NCBI GenBank assembly: GCA_963733835.1
Contig: CAVTER010000010.1
Location: 36,404 to 100,403, forward strand
Source of the DNA: an uncultured Spirochaetota bacterium
GTDB taxonomy: Bacteria; Spirochaetota; Spirochaetia; SZUA-6; Fen-1364
DNA: 64,000 bases
Direction: 5' to 3'
The translations under genes and the position numbers were made by a program. Positions 41,762 through 53,403 of the stretch are shown piece after piece (position 1 is the stretch's first letter; each line of letters begins with the position of its first letter). Under the pieces are notes generated by a model, which searched no databases, had not been told where the DNA came from, and worked only from the letters and a program-made list of their open reading frames with translations.

Positions 41762-42928
41762 ATGGACAGAATGGCGAAAGAGAAGGACACCGTCGAGAAG
41801 GCGGCACTGTCGGATGGCGGCCATGTCATCAGCGGGGCGCAGAGCATCCACGAGTTCCCCGGGGCCGACAAGCTGCGCTACGACCTGAACGAGAACCTGT
41901 GGGGACCCTCGCCGAAGGTGAAGGCGGAGATCAGGAAGTTCGTCGACAGGGTCGGGGTCAACTGGTACAACGCCTGGATGCGCCGCGAGGCCCCGGCGGT
42001 GGTCGCCGAGTACGCGGGGGTGAAGCCCGAGAACGTGTTCCTCTGCAACGGGTCGGCCGAGATCCTCGTGGTCATCGCCGAGGTGTTCCTGCAGCCGGGC
42101 GACGAGCTGCTGACCGAGTACCCCACCTACCGGGTGCTCCTGAACTACTCCAAGCTCTACGGGTCGGACATCGTCAAGGTGAACCAGGCCCGGGACTTCA
42201 GCACCGCCCACTTCGCCCGCGAGTTCATCTCGAAGATCACGCCCAAGACGAAGATCATCTATATCTGCAACCCGACCACCTTCGGGGCGCGCGTGTCCGA
42301 GGAGGCGATCAGGGAGGTCCTCGAGGCATCCCGCAGGCCGCCCAACCCCATCGTCGTGGTCGACGAGGCGTACTTCGACAGCGCCACCCACCCGCTCAGC
42401 AACTGGAGCGCCGCGCCCCTGGTGGAGAAGTACGACAACCTGATAGTGACCCGGTCGTGCTCGAAGGGCTTCGCCCTGGCTGGGCTGCGGGTCGGGTATT
42501 CCCTGGCCTCCCGGAAGATTACCGACAGCTTCAACAAGGTCTTTTCGCCCCTGGGGGTGAGCTCGCTGGGCTACGTGGGGCTCCTGGCTGCCATCCGCGA
42601 CCGGCCGTACTACGACAGGGTCAGGAAAGAGCTGGAGGAGGTGAAGGCGTACCTGGCGAAGGAGCTCACCGGCATGGGCATGCGGGTGTTTCCCTCGTAC
42701 ACGAACTTCATGCTCGCCAAGCTGCCGCCCGGGATCCTCAACGACCGCGACGGGAAGAAGGGCGTGTGGTCGCGGCTGGTCGACGAGGGCATCTACATCC
42801 GCAACAAGAGCGTCATGTACCCGGACACGGACCTGTGCGAGGACATCATGCGAATCTCCCCGGGACCCATGAAGGGAGCCGTGCGGTTCATCGCGAGCCT
42901 GCGGAGGATCGTGACGTCCCTCACGTAG
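41762..42928 (+). CDS. PLP-dependent class I/II aminotransferase (HisC/CobD-like, divergent)
   Basis: LNEN, NGSAE, VVDEAY, RSCSKGFALAGLRVG. Confidence 0.85.
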   Translation: MDRMAKEKDTVEKAALSDGGHVISGAQSIHEFPGADKLRYDLNENLWGPSPKVKAEIRKFVDRVGVNWYNAWMRREAPAVVAEYAGVKPENVFLCNGSAEILVVIAEVFLQPGDELLTEYPTYRVLLNYSKLYGSDIVKVNQARDFSTAHFAREFISKITPKTKIIYICNPTTFGARVSEEAIREVLEASRRPPNPIVVVDEAYFDSATHPLSNWSAAPLVEKYDNLIVTRSCSKGFALAGLRVGYSLASRKITDSFNKVFSPLGVSSLGYVGLLAAIRDRPYYDRVRKELEEVKAYLAKELTGMGMRVFPSYTNFMLAKLPPGILNDRDGKKGVWSRLVDEGIYIRNKSVMYPDTDLCEDIMRISPGPMKGAVRFIASLRRIVTSLT

Positions 42929-42935
42929 AGGCGCG

Positions 42936-43652
42936 ATGTCCACCTACCAGGCCGTCCGGGAGTCCTTCATCGATTTCGTTCACCGCAACAAGTACAAGGT
43001 CGGTGACAGGCTCCCGTCAGAACACGAGCTGGCGAAGACGCTGCTGGTGAGCCGCGTCACGCTGCGCGAGGCGATCCGCCAGCTCCGGGAGGACGGGTTT
43101 CTCTACAGCAGGAGGGGAAGCGGCACCTTCGTGGCCGGAAGCGTCACGCAGATGGCCGGTACCCTTGACGTGAACAACGGGCTTTCCGCCACGATCACGC
43201 AGGCGGGCTTCAAGCCCGGCGTTGCCGAGTACCAGACCGAGCTGCTGCACGCCTCCCCCTACCTGGCCGACAAGCTGCAGGTCACGCAGGGCACGGGGAT
43301 CATCCTGCTCAAGCGCGTGCGCACTGCCGACGACAGGCCCGTCGTGTACTCCATGGACTACCTGGGCCCCCGGGTCGCGGCCGTGTTCCTCGCGCTCGAC
43401 CGCACGATCGTGTCGCTGTTCGAGATGATCGAGCAGAGCGGCATCCGGATCGGCAACAGCTTCGCCGAGCTCAGCCCCGAGAGCTGCCCGAAGGACCTGG
43501 CCCAGAAGCTTTCCTGCAAGGCCGGCGGCCCCCTGCTCGCCATGAAGCAGGTGCACCTGGACACGAAGGGATCCCCCCTGTTCTACGGCGAGGACTACTT
43601 CCGGCCCGATTGCTTCGTGTTCTCGATCAACAGGCGCAGGCCCGAGGCATGA
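42936..43652 (+). CDS. GntR family (HutC/UTRA) transcriptional regulator
   Basis: LPSEHELA..VSRVTLREA, GSGTFV, UTRA-type C-terminus. Confidence 0.92.
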   Translation: MSTYQAVRESFIDFVHRNKYKVGDRLPSEHELAKTLLVSRVTLREAIRQLREDGFLYSRRGSGTFVAGSVTQMAGTLDVNNGLSATITQAGFKPGVAEYQTELLHASPYLADKLQVTQGTGIILLKRVRTADDRPVVYSMDYLGPRVAAVFLALDRTIVSLFEMIEQSGIRIGNSFAELSPESCPKDLAQKLSCKAGGPLLAMKQVHLDTKGSPLFYGEDYFRPDCFVFSINRRRPEA

Positions 43653-45157
43653 GCGACAGGCGCATCCTCGGGCTGGACGTGGGCACCAGCGGCTGCAAGG
43701 CAATTGCGTTCGACGCGGAGTGGAAGGTCGCTGCCAGCTCCTCCCGGCGCTACGACCTCATCGGCGTGGGCGTCGACGGCTACGAGATGGACGCGGAGGA
43801 GGTCTGGGCGAAGGTGCGGGAGGCGATCGTCGAGACGAACGCCCGGGCGGGCGGAAGAATCGACGCCGTGGCGATCTCGGCGCTCGGTGACGTGATCATC
43901 CCCGCCGACGGGGCGGGCAACCCCGTGCGGCGCTGCATCCTCGACTTCGACCCGCGGGGCAAGGACGAGATCCGGGATTTCCTGGGAGCGTTCGGCGCGG
44001 AGAGACTCTTCCACCTCACGGGCATGCCGCCCCTGCACATGAACAGCCTGGCGAAGATCCTGTGGATCCGCGCGCACGAGCCGGACGTGTACACGCGGGT
44101 ACGACGCTGGGCCACTTTCGAGGACTTCATCCTGTCCAGGCTGGGCGTGGGGTCATTCGTGAGCTGGTCGATGGCGGCGCGGACCATGCTCTTCGACCTG
44201 CACCGCAAGGCCTGGTCGCCCGAGATCCTCGCTGCCGCGGGGCTGGAGGAAAGCTCTCTCCCGCGGCCCGTGCAGTCGGGTCAGGTGATCGGCGGGATCG
44301 GCGCGCGGAGCGCGCGCGAGCTGGGATTCGCCGACGGGGCGGCGGTCTCGAGCGGCGGGCACGACGTGGTCTGCGCGGCGGTCGGGGCAGGCCTCGACAC
44401 CGTCGACAGGCGCGCGGCCCTCGACATCATGGGGACATTCGAGCTGGTCATCGTCCTGATGAAGGAGCCCAACCTTTCGCCGCGCATGCTGCGGGGGATG
44501 TACCCGTGCTACCCGGCGTGGAAGGAGTACCTCTCGCTGAGCCTGAACTTCACCTGCGGCAGCGTGGTGGACTGGTGCCGCGACCTGCTCGCGGGGCCCG
44601 CCGCTGCCGGCGGCCCGGCGGGGGGCTACGAGGAGCTTTTCGGCGGCGCCGACAGCAGCCGCCCCTGCGGGCTGCTTCTGGTCCCGCACTTTTCGGGGAC
44701 CTGCAACCCCTCCTTCAACCCCGATGCGCGCGGGGCGGTCTACGGCCTGACGCTGAACACCTCCCGCAGGGACCTGGGGCAGGCGGTGCTGGAAGGGCTG
44801 TGCTGCGACCTGCGGTCGCACGTGGAGGGGCTGCGCGGCGCCGGCATTCCCATCGAGAGGCTCGCCGTGGTCGGGGGCGGCACCCGGTCGGACGCGTGGC
44901 TGCAGCTCAAGGCCAACATCACAGGCATGGAGCTGACCCGGTCTGACGTGTCGGAGGCCTCCGCGATCGGCGCGGCCGCGCTGTGCGGGACGGCGATCGG
45001 CGCGGTCGACGACCCCTACCGGGTAGCGGGCATGGCGGGGCTGGCGCAGCAGCGCTTCGTGCCCGACCCCGCGGCCTCACGGCGGTTCGAGGAAACGTTC
45101 CAGAAATACCTCTCGCTGCGCGGGAGGATCGGTGGTTTCGAGACGGGAGAGACCTGA
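43649..45157 (+). CDS. FGGY family carbohydrate kinase
   Basis: GLDVGTSGCK, GGHD, PHFSG, VVGGGTRS. Confidence 0.92.
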   Translation: MSDRRILGLDVGTSGCKAIAFDAEWKVAASSSRRYDLIGVGVDGYEMDAEEVWAKVREAIVETNARAGGRIDAVAISALGDVIIPADGAGNPVRRCILDFDPRGKDEIRDFLGAFGAERLFHLTGMPPLHMNSLAKILWIRAHEPDVYTRVRRWATFEDFILSRLGVGSFVSWSMAARTMLFDLHRKAWSPEILAAAGLEESSLPRPVQSGQVIGGIGARSARELGFADGAAVSSGGHDVVCAAVGAGLDTVDRRAALDIMGTFELVIVLMKEPNLSPRMLRGMYPCYPAWKEYLSLSLNFTCGSVVDWCRDLLAGPAAAGGPAGGYEELFGGADSSRPCGLLLVPHFSGTCNPSFNPDARGAVYGLTLNTSRRDLGQAVLEGLCCDLRSHVEGLRGAGIPIERLAVVGGGTRSDAWLQLKANITGMELTRSDVSEASAIGAAALCGTAIGAVDDPYRVAGMAGLAQQRFVPDPAASRRFEETFQKYLSLRGRIGGFETGET

Positions 45158-45168
45158 AGGAGGTTGCC

Positions 45169-45888
45169 ATGAGAGTGCTTGCATTCGGTGCCCATCCGGA
45201 CGACGTGGAGTTCCAGATCGGCGGGACGCTGGCCAGGTACGCGAAGCGGGGCGACGAGGTGTTCATCGCCGTGGCCACCAACGGCAACATCGGCTCGTTC
45301 CGCATGAGCAGGACCGAGATCGCCAGGGTGCGAAAGGTCGAGGCGCAGAAGGCCGCCGACATGATCGGCGCCAGGATCATCTTCATGGACTTCGACGACG
45401 AGTTCCTGATGGACACGAAGGAGTCGCGGCTGAAGTTCATCGATGCCGTGCGCGTGGCGAGGCCCGACGTCATGTTCGCCCACGATGCGTACAACGACTA
45501 CAATCCCGACCACGACATGGTCGGGTACCTCGCCTTCATCGCGCGGATCAACGCGTCGATCAAGCTGATAGAGACCGACCACCCGCCCGCGTCGAAGGTG
45601 CCTGCCCTGTTCAACTACTCCACCCTCGCGTTCGGCAAGTTCATCCCCGAGTACTACGTGGACATCACCGACACGTGGGAGACGAAGAAGAAGCTGTTCC
45701 TCTGCCACGACAGCCAGCAGGGCGACTGGTGCAGGGACGCCTTCGGGGTGAACTACGTGGACATGATGGAGTCGGAGGCAAAGCTGGCCGCCACCCAGGC
45801 GGGCACCCCGGGCTGCTCCTACGCGGAGGTCTTCAAGCTGTGCAAGAGCTGGCCGACCATCGCGGGCGCCTACAAGCTGCTGCCGTAG
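45169..45888 (+). CDS. PIG-L/LmbE family N-deacetylase
   Basis: AHPDDVE, DYNPDH, HDSQ. Confidence 0.92.
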   Translation: MRVLAFGAHPDDVEFQIGGTLARYAKRGDEVFIAVATNGNIGSFRMSRTEIARVRKVEAQKAADMIGARIIFMDFDDEFLMDTKESRLKFIDAVRVARPDVMFAHDAYNDYNPDHDMVGYLAFIARINASIKLIETDHPPASKVPALFNYSTLAFGKFIPEYYVDITDTWETKKKLFLCHDSQQGDWCRDAFGVNYVDMMESEAKLAATQAGTPGCSYAEVFKLCKSWPTIAGAYKLLP

Positions 45889-46024
45889 GGACGACGGGCG
45901 TTCGACGCGGCCGGGGCGCAAGATTGACAAACCCCGGTGTGTGCCCCATACCGGGGACGCCCCCGGCCGGCGCGGGCTGGCAGCCCCTGACCGGGTGCGG
46001 ATCGTGGGATTCCGAGGGAAAGGC

Positions 46025-47035
46025 ATGGAGAGCAAGGAGAGCCAGGTGACGAACAGGAAGCTCGGGAAGACCGACCTATCGGTGAGCCCTCTCATCCTCG
46101 GGGCCTGGCAGTACGGGCACACGCAGTTCTGGAGCGAGGTGCCCGCCAGGGACGTGCTGGACGTGGTGACCCGGGCCGTGGACAGGGGCATCACCACCAT
46201 CGACACGGCCATCGGGTACGGCGGGTCGGAGAAGATCGTCGGCCAGGCGATCAAGGGCCTGCGGAACAAGCTCACCATCATCTCCAAGGGCGGGGCCGAC
46301 CCGCGGAAGATGGAGACGAGGGTCGACATCAGCCTGTCCCGGCTGGGCATCGACGTCATCGACCTGTACCTCGTGCACTACCCCGATGCCGCCATCCCCA
46401 TCGAGGAGACGATGGGCGGCATGATGCGGCTGAAGGAGAAGGGGAAGATCCGGCAGGTGGGAGTGTCGAACTTTTCGCGGGCGCAGCTCCTGAAGGCCGT
46501 CGCGGTCGCGGAGGTGGCCTGCTGCCAGCAGGCCTACAACCTCCTGTGGCGCGAGATCGACGACACGGGTACCCTCGCCGCATGCAGGGAGCACGGCGTG
46601 GGGATCCTCGCCTACTCCCCGCTGGGCCAGGGCCTCTTCACGGGCAGGATCAGGTCCGAGGCGGACCTCCCGACGAGGGAGGGAGACGTGCGCCAGATCA
46701 CGCTCCTGTTCAAGGGCGAGGCGTTCCAGGCGGGGCTGGCCATGGTGAAGCGCCTCGACGCCCTCGGGGCGAAGTACGGGAAGAGCACGGCCCAGGTCGC
46801 CCTGAACTGGGTCATCGGTCAGCAGGGCATCACGGCTGCCATCGTGGGCAGCAGGACCGTCGCGCAGCTGGACGACAACCTCGGCGCGCTGGGCTGGGAG
46901 ATGGACCTGGCGGACAGGGAGATGCTGTCGAAGGAGGGCCTCGCCTCCTCGCGGCTTTTCGACTACAGCTGCAGCATCTTCGGGATGAAGTACGACGGGG
47001 TGAAGATCGACGAGATGATCGAGTCGTCGCTGTAG
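46025..47035 (+). CDS. Aldo/keto reductase
   Basis: IDTAIGYG, DLYLVHYPD, GVSNF, YSPLGQG. Confidence 0.93.
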   Translation: MESKESQVTNRKLGKTDLSVSPLILGAWQYGHTQFWSEVPARDVLDVVTRAVDRGITTIDTAIGYGGSEKIVGQAIKGLRNKLTIISKGGADPRKMETRVDISLSRLGIDVIDLYLVHYPDAAIPIEETMGGMMRLKEKGKIRQVGVSNFSRAQLLKAVAVAEVACCQQAYNLLWREIDDTGTLAACREHGVGILAYSPLGQGLFTGRIRSEADLPTREGDVRQITLLFKGEAFQAGLAMVKRLDALGAKYGKSTAQVALNWVIGQQGITAAIVGSRTVAQLDDNLGALGWEMDLADREMLSKEGLASSRLFDYSCSIFGMKYDGVKIDEMIESSL

Positions 47036-47067
47036 GCGGCGGCGCGGCATCCGGGATCAGGGGAGGC

Positions 47068-48605
<1,538 letters not shown>

Positions 48606-48609
<4 letters not shown>

Positions 48610-49577
48610 ACACGACAGGCACACCACTCAAGAGGCAGATGACCGCCCTCGACGTCCTCATCCGCTACCGCACGGTCGTCATCCTGGCCATCCTCATCGC
48701 GGTTTTCACGATCCTGAACAGGGTCTTCATCCTGCCGGCGAACCTCCTGAACATGCTGAAGCGGATGAGCTTCGTCGCGATCACCGCATTCGGCATGACC
48801 TTCGTCATCACGCTGGGGGGCCTCGACCTCTCCGTGGGGGGGACAGCCGCGATCGTCGGGGTCGGCTTCGCGCTCATGCTCGGAGCCGGCATTCCCCCGG
48901 TGGCAGCCCTTGTGCTGTGCCTCCTCATCGCGGTCGCGCTGGGCGCGCTGAACGGGGTCATCATCGTGAAGGGCCGCATCGAGCCGTTCCTCGTGACGCT
49001 GGCCACGATGAACATCTTCCGGGGCATCGCGCTCGTGGCCACGGGCGGCCGGCCCGTTCCCATCGTGAGCGAGACGTTCATCCTCGTCTTCGGCAACGGC
49101 TTCCTCTTCAAGGTCATCCCCATCCCCGTCCTCATCACGGCCGTCTTCTTCGTCATTTCGCTGCTCCTGTACAGGAAGACCAAGTTCGGCTTCTACGCGC
49201 GGGCAATCGGCGGAAACCTCGAGGCCGCGCGGGTGGCGGGGATCAACATCCAGTCCGTCAAGTTCCTGACCTACGTGATCAACGCCGTGTTCGCCTTCTT
49301 CGCCGGCCTGATCCTCGCGGCCCTGTTCAGCAGCGGCCTTCCGGGCATCGCCGCGGACCTTCCTCTCGATGCCATCTCGGCGGTCATCCTGGGCGGCACG
49401 GCCATCGCGGGCGGTTTCGGCAACGTCCTGGGCACGCTGGGCGGGGCGCTCATCATGTCGACGCTGAACAGCGGCATGTCCATGCTGGGCGCCCAGTACC
49501 CGGTGCAGATCTTCGTGAAGGGAGTCGTGATCATTTTCGCGGTCCTGCTCGACAACGTGGTCAGGCCGAGGAACTGA
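48606..49577 (+). CDS. Sugar ABC transporter permease
   Basis: GGLDLSVG, PFLVTL, AIGGNLEAAR, AVILGG. Confidence 0.93.
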
Positions 49578-49720
49578 ACGTTGTCGTGAGCGGCACCGCT
49601 CTGGCATACCGCGGCAAAAAGGAGGGACGTGCAGGCAGGCGATCGAGAAGGTGCGGCAATGTGCGCAGGGGCTTTCACTCAGGGTATTCGAGATCGACAG
49701 GAGAAAGGAGAACGGAAGCG

Positions 49721-50896
49721 ATGAAGCGAACTGTACTGTGTCTCATTGTTCTGTGCATGGTCCTCGTTCCCGCGTTCGTGATGGCCGCGGGCAACAAGGA
49801 GGGAGGCGCGGCGACGACGGTGGCCTCGGGGTCGAAGGCCCACTCCAACGCCGCCGAGTTCACCTACGTGCAGAAGGCGGGCACGAAGGTCGACCTGACA
49901 AGCTACTACGCCCAGTACAAGGTGGACAGCAAGAGCGTCATCTCGTCGATGGGCGGCGTGGTGACGGTGAAGGGGCTTCCCGCGAAGCTGCCCAAGCCGG
50001 CGAAGAAGTACAAGATCGGCCTCGCCCTGTACTACACGGTGGACGAGGTCGGCGCGTTCGTCCTCGACGGCACCAAGAAGGCGGCCGAGAAGATGGGCGT
50101 CGAGCTGCTGGTGAACGACGCCAACTACGACCAGAACATCCAGGACCAGGCGGTCGAGCAGTGGATACTGCAGAAGGTCGACGGCGTCATCTTCTACCCC
50201 GCCAACTTCAACGCCTGCGAAGGCATCCTCAAGAAGCTGAAGGACGCGAATATCCCCGTCATGGCAGGCAACCCCCCGCTGGTCGGCGAGGTGAACAGCG
50301 TCATGACCATCGACAACGTCGAGATCGGCAGGAAGAGCGCCGAGTTCATCGTGAACGCGCTGAAGGCCAAGGGCAAGGTGGCCGGCACGGTGGTGTTCCA
50401 GAACCTGCCGTTCCTGCACCCGAACGCCGAGACCCGCGAGGCGGGCTTCCGCGAGGTGCTGGGCAAGTACCCCGACATCAAGATCATCGAGCTCACCGGC
50501 ATCAGCCCCGAGGAGCACTTCGCCGCCTTCGAGGGCGCCATGCAGGCGAACCCGAACATGGTGGCCGCGTGGGGCCTGTACAGCTCGGCCGTCATCGGCA
50601 TGGCAAACGCGCGAAAGAGCGCCGGCAAGAGCAACATCATCCTGGTCGGCGTGGACAACGACAGGCCCATCCTGGCGGGCATCTCCAAGGGCGAGATCAC
50701 GGGCAGCGTGGGCTACAACGCGTACAACCACGCGGAGTGGACCCTCTCCAACCTGGTGAACATGCTGAACGGCGCCGAGGTGCCGGGGCAGATCATCGGG
50801 CCCATCGAGGTGATCGACAAGAACAACGTCTCCGCCCTGTTCAAGATGTACTACGGCGGCAAGACGCTCGAAGACTACATGGCGGGCAAGAACTAG
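49721..50896 (+). CDS. Sugar ABC transporter substrate-binding protein
   Basis: Signal peptide ending AAGNKE; periplasmic binding protein type 1 pattern (DNVEIG, REAGF, VGVD). Confidence 0.88.
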   Translation: MKRTVLCLIVLCMVLVPAFVMAAGNKEGGAATTVASGSKAHSNAAEFTYVQKAGTKVDLTSYYAQYKVDSKSVISSMGGVVTVKGLPAKLPKPAKKYKIGLALYYTVDEVGAFVLDGTKKAAEKMGVELLVNDANYDQNIQDQAVEQWILQKVDGVIFYPANFNACEGILKKLKDANIPVMAGNPPLVGEVNSVMTIDNVEIGRKSAEFIVNALKAKGKVAGTVVFQNLPFLHPNAETREAGFREVLGKYPDIKIIELTGISPEEHFAAFEGAMQANPNMVAAWGLYSSAVIGMANARKSAGKSNIILVGVDNDRPILAGISKGEITGSVGYNAYNHAEWTLSNLVNMLNGAEVPGQIIGPIEVIDKNNVSALFKMYYGGKTLEDYMAGKN

Positions 50897-50910
50897 CCCG
50901 TCGCATTCAT

Positions 50911-50952
50911 CCGCGTGCGGGGCCGGCAGCCCGGCTCCCGCACGCGGGCTTT
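50911..50952 (+). terminator. GC-rich hairpin after the binding-protein gene
   Basis: CCGCGTGCGGGGCCGG-CAGC-CCGGCTCCCGCACGCGG followed by a short T run. Confidence 0.5.
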
Positions 50953-51004
50953 CCGGGGGACTCCGGTCGCCCCCGGCATCCGCATCAGCAAGGGGCATGG
51001 AGAG

Positions 51005-51526
51005 ATGGACGGTCTGACAGAGGCCCTGTTCCCGTTCCTGGCCCGCGGCATCACGCAGGTGGCGTGGGTCGTCGACGACCTGGACAAGGCCGTGGAGACG
51101 CAGTGGCGGGTGTTCGGCATCGGCCCGTGGCACTACTACCTGTACGACCGGTCGATGCTCTCGATGATGCGACGGCGCGGCGTGGACACCGAGTACGCCA
51201 TGGACACGGCCGTCGCGAATGCCGGGGCGACGAGGCTGGAAATCGTGAGGCCCGTCTCGGGCGACACGGTGTACACCGAGTTCGCCGAGAGGCACGGCTT
51301 CGGCGGGATCCACCACTTCGGGCTTGCCGTGGACGACATGCAGCAGGCCCTCGAGGCTGCACGGCGGGCCGGCTTCGCCGTCACCATGGAGGGGGCGGGA
51401 TACGGCCTGGACGGCGACGGCCACTTCGCCTACCTCGACACCGAGAAGACGGTCGGCATCACCCTGGAGCTGATGGAACGCCCGAAACGGCGGCGCGCGC
51501 CGCGGAAGATCTACCCCGCTCCCTAG
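51005..51526 (+). CDS. VOC/glyoxalase family protein (methylmalonyl-CoA epimerase-like)
   Basis: QVAWVVDDLD, LEIVRP, GIHHFG, AYLDT, LELME. Confidence 0.85.
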   Translation: MDGLTEALFPFLARGITQVAWVVDDLDKAVETQWRVFGIGPWHYYLYDRSMLSMMRRRGVDTEYAMDTAVANAGATRLEIVRPVSGDTVYTEFAERHGFGGIHHFGLAVDDMQQALEAARRAGFAVTMEGAGYGLDGDGHFAYLDTEKTVGITLELMERPKRRRAPRKIYPAP

Positions 51527-52362
51527 ATGCCGGTGCCCCGGCCCCTCGCCCCGCCGTCGATCGTGAAGACCTGCCCCGAGATGTAGCTGGAGGCGTCGGA
51601 GGCGAGGAACAGGGCAAGCAGCGCCACCTCGCGCGGCTCTCCCAGCCTGCCCAGGGGCACGAGGCTGATCGAGTGATTGATGATCGCGGGGTCCGCCTCG
51701 AAGGGCTTGATCATCGGGGTGCGGATCATGCCGGGGGCGACGGCGTTCACCGTGATGTTGTACGGGCCCCACTCCGAGCACAGGACGCGGGTGAGGGAGT
51801 TCAACCCTGCCTTGCTCACGCAGTAGGCGGCCAGGGTGCTCTGGCCCTCGTCGCCCGCAGTGGAACTGGTGATCACCACCTTGCCCCTCTTCTGCCTCAT
51901 CATGTGGGGACCCACCGCCCGGGCGAGGTAGAAGGCAGCGTTCAGGTTGATGCCGAGCACTCTCTGCCAGTCGGCCAGCTCGAGCGGGGACTCGGCGTTC
52001 TCGCCGGCCAGGTCCCGGTTTGCCAGCGCCCCCACCCCGGTCGGGGCGACCGCCACCGGCTTTGTCAGGAAGATGCCGGCGTTGCTGCACAGGATATCCA
52101 CCGCGGCGAACCGGGAGACGATCGTGTCCACCGCCGCCCGCACCTGCTCGTCGCTGGACACGTCCACCTTCAGGGGCAGGGCCTTGCGCCCCAGCTTCTC
52201 CACGGCGTGGGCCGTCTCCTCGACCCGGGAGACGTCCAGGTCGAGGACCGCCACGTCTGCACCCGCCTCGGCGAGAACGGTCGCGATGGCCCTGCCCATG
52301 CCGCCTCCCGCGCCCGTCACGATCGCCTTCCTTCCTTCGACGCTGAACTCCCTGGGAATCAC
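51523..52362 (-). CDS. SDR family oxidoreductase
   Basis: TGAGGGMG, SNAG, YCVSK, NAVAPG, IDGG. Confidence 0.92.
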   Translation of the reverse strand: MIPREFSVEGRKAIVTGAGGGMGRAIATVLAEAGADVAVLDLDVSRVEETAHAVEKLGRKALPLKVDVSSDEQVRAAVDTIVSRFAAVDILCSNAGIFLTKPVAVAPTGVGALANRDLAGENAESPLELADWQRVLGINLNAAFYLARAVGPHMMRQKRGKVVITSSTAGDEGQSTLAAYCVSKAGLNSLTRVLCSEWGPYNITVNAVAPGMIRTPMIKPFEADPAIINHSISLVPLGRLGEPREVALLALFLASDASSYISGQVFTIDGGARGRGTGI

Positions 52363-52378
52363 TGCGGTCTCCTTTCCG

Positions 52379-53257
52379 TCACCTCGCTCCCGCGACCGCG
52401 TCGCGGGGCAGGCCGTGTTTCTCCAGCATCGAGCTGATGAACGCGTAGCCCTCGCCGGCCATCTGCTCGGGGCTGGCGGCGAACTTGCGCCAGATGCAGG
52501 CGCCCGCCGCCACGTCGGCCGACGCGTCGACGAACCCCTCGATGGTGATCGAGCCGTCGTAGCGGGCATCCCGGAGGCCGCGGAACACCTCGTCCCAGCG
52601 CACCTGGCCGGTGCCCGGGATGCCGCGGTCGTTGGCTGACACGTGCACGTGGAACAACCGGGGGCCGGCCGCGGTGATCGCGGCATGCATGCTCTTCTCC
52701 TCGATCGAGGTGTGGAAGGTGTCGTAGAGAATGCCCACGTTGCTCTCGCCGATGGCGTCGGCCAGGGCGAGGCCATCGGCGATCGTGTTGACGAGGTAGG
52801 TCTCGTAGCGGTTGGCGGGTTCCAGCCCGACCCGCACACCGAGGCCCTGCGCGACACGGGCGACCTCGCGCAGCCCCTCGGCCGAGCGGTCCAGCTCGAC
52901 CTGTGTCGGCGCCTTTCCCGTGAACCTGCTGAACGGCGCATAGACGATGCCGCCCCAGAAGTCGGATCCCAGCTCGTGCACCGTCCGCACGAGTGACTTC
53001 ATGTACTCGATCGCCTCGCGCCTCTTCTCCGGCTCCTCCGACAGCAGCTCCCTGTCCTTCGGGAGCGAGCCGCCGCCCATGAGGCGCATCCCGAGGCTCT
53101 CCGCCCTCTTCCTGATCAGCCGCGCGGTGGGCAGGTCGAGCACGCGCACGTTGATGTCCATGGAGTCGAAGCCGTACCCCCGGATGCGGTCCATCAGGTC
53201 GAGGTTCTCCGCGTTCAGCTTCTTCGTGAAGACGTGCTGGTGGATCCCGATTCTCAC
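52379..53257 (-). CDS. Sugar phosphate isomerase/epimerase (D-psicose/D-tagatose 3-epimerase family)
   Basis: EPANRYE, DTFH, HVH..DRGIPG, ITIE. Confidence 0.88.
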   Translation of the reverse strand: MRIGIHQHVFTKKLNAENLDLMDRIRGYGFDSMDINVRVLDLPTARLIRKRAESLGMRLMGGGSLPKDRELLSEEPEKRREAIEYMKSLVRTVHELGSDFWGGIVYAPFSRFTGKAPTQVELDRSAEGLREVARVAQGLGVRVGLEPANRYETYLVNTIADGLALADAIGESNVGILYDTFHTSIEEKSMHAAITAAGPRLFHVHVSANDRGIPGTGQVRWDEVFRGLRDARYDGSITIEGFVDASADVAAGACIWRKFAASPEQMAGEGYAFISSMLEKHGLPRDAVAGAR

Positions 53258-53403
53258 AGTGGTCCCTCTCTCCTGCTGGCTGGGGGGCGCGCCCGGCGCA
53301 GGGGGAGGATAGCAGAGGGTCCCGAAAAAGGCAAATGGACGCTCCCCGTCCGCCCGGATGCCGTGTTCCCATCACGGAGGCGTTCGGCTACCATGGGGCA
53401 CCA